The position numbers were made by a program, and so were the translations under genes. A stretch of 39,904 nt of DNA from Octopus bimaculoides (Eukaryota): positions 69,905,508 to 69,945,411 of the forward strand of contig NC_068991.1 of the NCBI RefSeq assembly GCF_001194135.2. Direction: 5' to 3'. The notes below the pieces were generated by a model that was not told the origin of the DNA, made no database searches, and saw only the letters and a program-made list of their open reading frames with translations. Shown one piece after another: positions 36,668 through 39,904 of this stretch; within the stretch, counting starts at the first letter, position 1; the number at the start of each line of letters is the position of its first letter.

Positions 36668-36879
36668 TGATTTCAATTTTGGCAGAAAGCCAGCAATTTC
36701 GAGGAAGAGAATAAATCGCTTACATCGACCCGTGTTAAAATAGTTCTTAATTTATCGGACCCGAAAATATGAAATGTAAAATCGGCTCCAGGTGGCACTC
36801 TAATTCAGAACGTGAAGCCGGAAAATGTGCCGCCAAATATTTTTCCCGGAACCGTAGCATTTCTGTCAACTCGTCACCT
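36668..36879 (-). mobile_element. SINE family A (tail type 2), degenerate
   Basis: On the + strand: TTTCAATTTTGGCAGAAAGCCAGCAATTTCGAGG...ACATCGACCC...TAATTTATCGGACCCGAAA...AATTCAGAACG...TTTCTGTCAACTCGTCACC. This is the reverse complement of the 35487 pattern. Confidence 0.75.
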
Positions 36880-36890
36880 AAATATATATA

Positions 36891-37256
36891 TAGGCGCAGG
36901 AGTGACTGTATGGTAAGTGGGCAAGTGTCTTCTACTATAGCCTCGAGCCGACCAAAGCCTTGTGAGTGGATTTGGTAGACGGAAACTAAAAGAAGCCCGT
37001 CGTATATATGTATATATATATATATGTATGTGTGTGTGTATATGTTTGTGTCTCTGTGTTTGTCTCCCCAACATCGCTTGACAACCGATGCTGGTGTGTT
37101 TACGTCCCCGTAACCTAGGGGTTCGGCAAAAGTGACCGATAGAATAAGTACTAGGCTTACAAAGAATAAGTTCTGGGTTCGTTTTGTTCGACTAAAGGTG
37201 GTGCTCCAGCATGGCCGTAGTCAAATGACTGAAACAAGTAAAAGTGAGTAAAGAGT
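36891..37256 (+). mobile_element. SINE family B with a ~53-nt head deletion that removes the B box
   Basis: TAGGCGCAGGAGTGACTGTATGGTAAGT|GGGCAAGTGTCTTCTACTATAGCC...internal (TA)/(GT) tract...GGTGGTGCTCCAGCATGGCCGTAGTCAAATGACTGAAACAAGTAAAAG. It is about 90% identical to the next copy. Confidence 0.93.
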
Positions 37257-37269
37257 ATATATACTTAGA

Positions 37270-37703
37270 TACTCTCTTTACTCTTAATTTTTTTACTCTT
37301 TTACTTGTTTCAGTCATGTGACTGTGGCCATGCTAGAGCACCGCCTTTTAGTCGAGCAAATCGACCCCAGGACTTATTCTTTGTAAGCCTAGTACTTATT
37401 CTATCGGTCTCTTTTGCCGAACCGCTAACTTACGCGTACATAAACACACCAGCATCGGTTGTCAAGCGATGTTGGGGAGACAAACACAGAGACACAAACA
37501 TATACACACACACATACATATATATATATACATATATACGACGGACTTCTTTCAGTTCCCGTCTACCAAATCCACGCACAAGGCTTTGGTCGGCCCGAGG
37601 CTATAGTAGCAGACACTTGCCCAAGGTGTCACGCAGTCGGACTGAACCCAGAACCATGTGGTTCGTAAGCAAGCTAATTACCACACAGCCACTCCTACGC
37701 CTG
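37270..37703 (-). mobile_element. SINE family B, full length
   Basis: The minus strand reads CAGGCGTAGGAGTGGCTGTGTGGTAA (A-box-like)...GGGTTCAGTCC (B-box-like)...CCTTGGGCAAGTG...tail ending in (AAAAGAGT)-like repeats. Confidence 0.95.
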
Positions 37704-38544
37704 TTAACTTAAAGTTTATATTTTAATCTTCCTGTAAATATTTTTACTAATTTGACGATTAAATATAACTTTAAATTAGCATAATTAATTTCACATACGT
37801 TAAAGTAGATTTACTTATATTTTTTGAAGTCAGAGATACATTTTAAATATAGCCTTAAGTCCACATATGCATTCAAAATGGATCTTGAAGCTCAGTAAAT
37901 TAAATTCAGTAGTACTAAATTAATTAATCGAAGGTCTTAATATTTTGCGATGTATTATAGAATCTATTTTCTTGCGTTAGAATTTAAACCGTTTCCAAAA
38001 TTTGTTAGAGTTCTTGGTATTTTGGACAGAGCGATAGTTCTTTGAACGAAATCAATGTATATAAAATACGCGAAAATAATAACTAATTTCTATAGAAAAC
38101 GATTACATCGTTTATATTAATTATCAATGACAAATTCTCATTAAAAAACGAAACCTAATTACTCGAAATCATTTGTAAGGCTAGACGAACAAGAATTGTA
38201 AACACGTCTTGTTTACTTTGTACACGTATGAATCGCTCACTGGTTAACTGTTGTCTTCTTGGATCTTAGGAAATGAATTAAACGATAAAAAAATTCATAT
38301 TATCTCATTTCTTTTCACTGTCTTCCAACTCCAAGTATTTTCCAATGTGAATTATCCTTACACACCATAACAACCCCTAAATTGATGCACACTCTCACAC
38401 ACACTTACTTCCGCCCCACGCTGCTGTCGCTTCAAAGAGACATGCCACCTATTAACTATACTCCCTCTGTTTTCTTTTATCAGACTATGTTTTTTTCAAA
38501 TGAATAGTTTTATATTCTATACAGTCATACAAACACATGCAACG

Positions 38545-38680
38545 GCGGAGTAACTGGTCAATTATGAGACCCAGAATCAAAAGAAGGCAGAGATAGTTTA
38601 TTTGAATTTTGAACCCAGAAAATTAAGATACAATCTATTATTACGGAGACGTACTTGCCAGCATGGAATTTTGTCAGTGA
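38545..38680 (-). mobile_element. SINE family A, old degenerate fragment
   Basis: GTAACTGGTCAATTATGAGACCCAG...AAGGCAGAG...GAATTTTGAACCCAGAA...GCCAGCATGGAATTTTGTCAG keeps the order and spacing of the motifs in 6800-6935. Confidence 0.5.
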
Positions 38681-39904
38681 ACAGGTCGCGGTCTCAAAGC
38701 GACAAAAATATATTGACAAATTAAATTTAAATGTTGAAGTGAATCTAACGGTTTTTGTGTGTTTTTAAATGGCTTATAATCACCTTCCACGCTACAATCC
38801 ATAATTAGTCCATACTGCTGTATGGTGTTTCTATAACAAGGCGTTGGTGAATATAAATACTCAATTCTAAAGTAAAGTAAAATATTAAACGTCATGAAGT
38901 TGAGCAGTGATTTTCATAATCTGAGCTGCGGATTCATTGTTCAGCAATCTCTTTTTCTCAAACTTTCTAACAATGGCGCATATAATACTACACGATTACT
39001 ACTACTAATACTACTAGTAGTAGTATTTGGTAGAATTTATCCAGTATAAGGAAGCAAATTGTTGAAATGCGCAGCAATAGCCAGGATTCTCAGAATACAA
39101 TATAATCGTAAAACCGCCCGTCTATTCACGTGCCCATATACAGGTGAAAGAATGGCAGAGAGANNNNNNNNNNNNNNNNNNNNNNNNNNNNNNNNNNNNN
39201 NNNNNNNNNNNNNNNNNNNNNNNNNNNNNNNNNNNNNNNNNNNNNNNNNNNNNNNNNNNNNNNNNNNNNNNNNNNNNNNNNNNNNNNNNNATATATATAT
39301 ATATATAATATATAATATATATAAAGAGAGACAGAGACAGACAGACCGACAGAGACAGAGAATGCATGCGACAAAGAAACGGCTTAAACGAGTTCGGTTG
39401 GAATAGGGCTGAAAATAAAAATAAGAAATGAAGTAAGGTGAAATCAAATTGCGGATAATAGCATGCAAACATGCGCACGCGCACTTACAGCCATATATGC
39501 ACATACTTATATAACAGAAAGAGAAAGAGAGACACAGACAGACAGATGGATAGACAGACGGACAGACAGATAGATAAAGGCAGAGACTGAGAAATAAAAT
39601 GAAGAAGTCGTTGTCGGAAATGGTTGTGATGCTGGAAACAGAAGAAGCGACTTCGCTATCTAGAGACAGATGATGAAATGATGCAGAGAATCAGAAGAAT
39701 TTACAGAATAAGAAAACCACTGATGACGATGATAGATCGTTCTAAGATGGTAATAAATGCAACCAAAACATACACCAATCAATTCTAGGCCAAGTACTCT
39801 AGCTCTTCGCTGATACTAGCCTCCTTTCAATACATATATTACGCGCAAGTATATGTATATATACTTAAACGAGTTCGGTTGGAATATATATATATATATA
39901 TATA

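Noticed and set aside
39627-39790. About 53 open codons (CWKQKKRLRYLETDDEMMQRIRR...)
   Set aside because: Purine-rich low-complexity sequence with no splice support or known motif.

Overview
Eukaryotic, very AT-rich, microsatellite-saturated non-coding DNA with 16 N-gaps (about 5.15 kb, 13%), most of them bordered by dinucleotide tracts. The repeat families look like those of an octopod cephalopod such as Octopus; this is my recognition and not a database result. I find no intact protein-coding gene, RNA gene or CRISPR array. Almost all ORF-track ORFs are microsatellite or N-gap artefacts. The window is a retroelement graveyard. It holds about 16 full or partial copies of three tRNA-headed SINE families (my labels A, B and C), two CR1/L2-group LINE ORF2 fragments, one RTE LINE ORF2 fragment and one lone C2H2-finger fragment that is probably an RTE 3' end. 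It also holds two copies of a possibly Penelope-like repeat, a 141-bp Tc1/mariner-type MITE and several local duplications. The most notable observations are: (1) a tail-to-tail inverted SINE-B pair about 13 nt apart, a potential ~340-bp dsRNA and ADAR substrate; (2) a LINE 3' end that shares its tail and a covarying stem-loop with SINE-B, which points to the partner LINE; (3) a perfect 29-bp templated fold-back insertion inside an old RTE; (4) a degenerate hammerhead-like motif in the Penelope-like repeat; (5) a chimeric SINE; (6) candidate micro-exons near 20.2-20.9 kb. I did not find a convincing new biological system.
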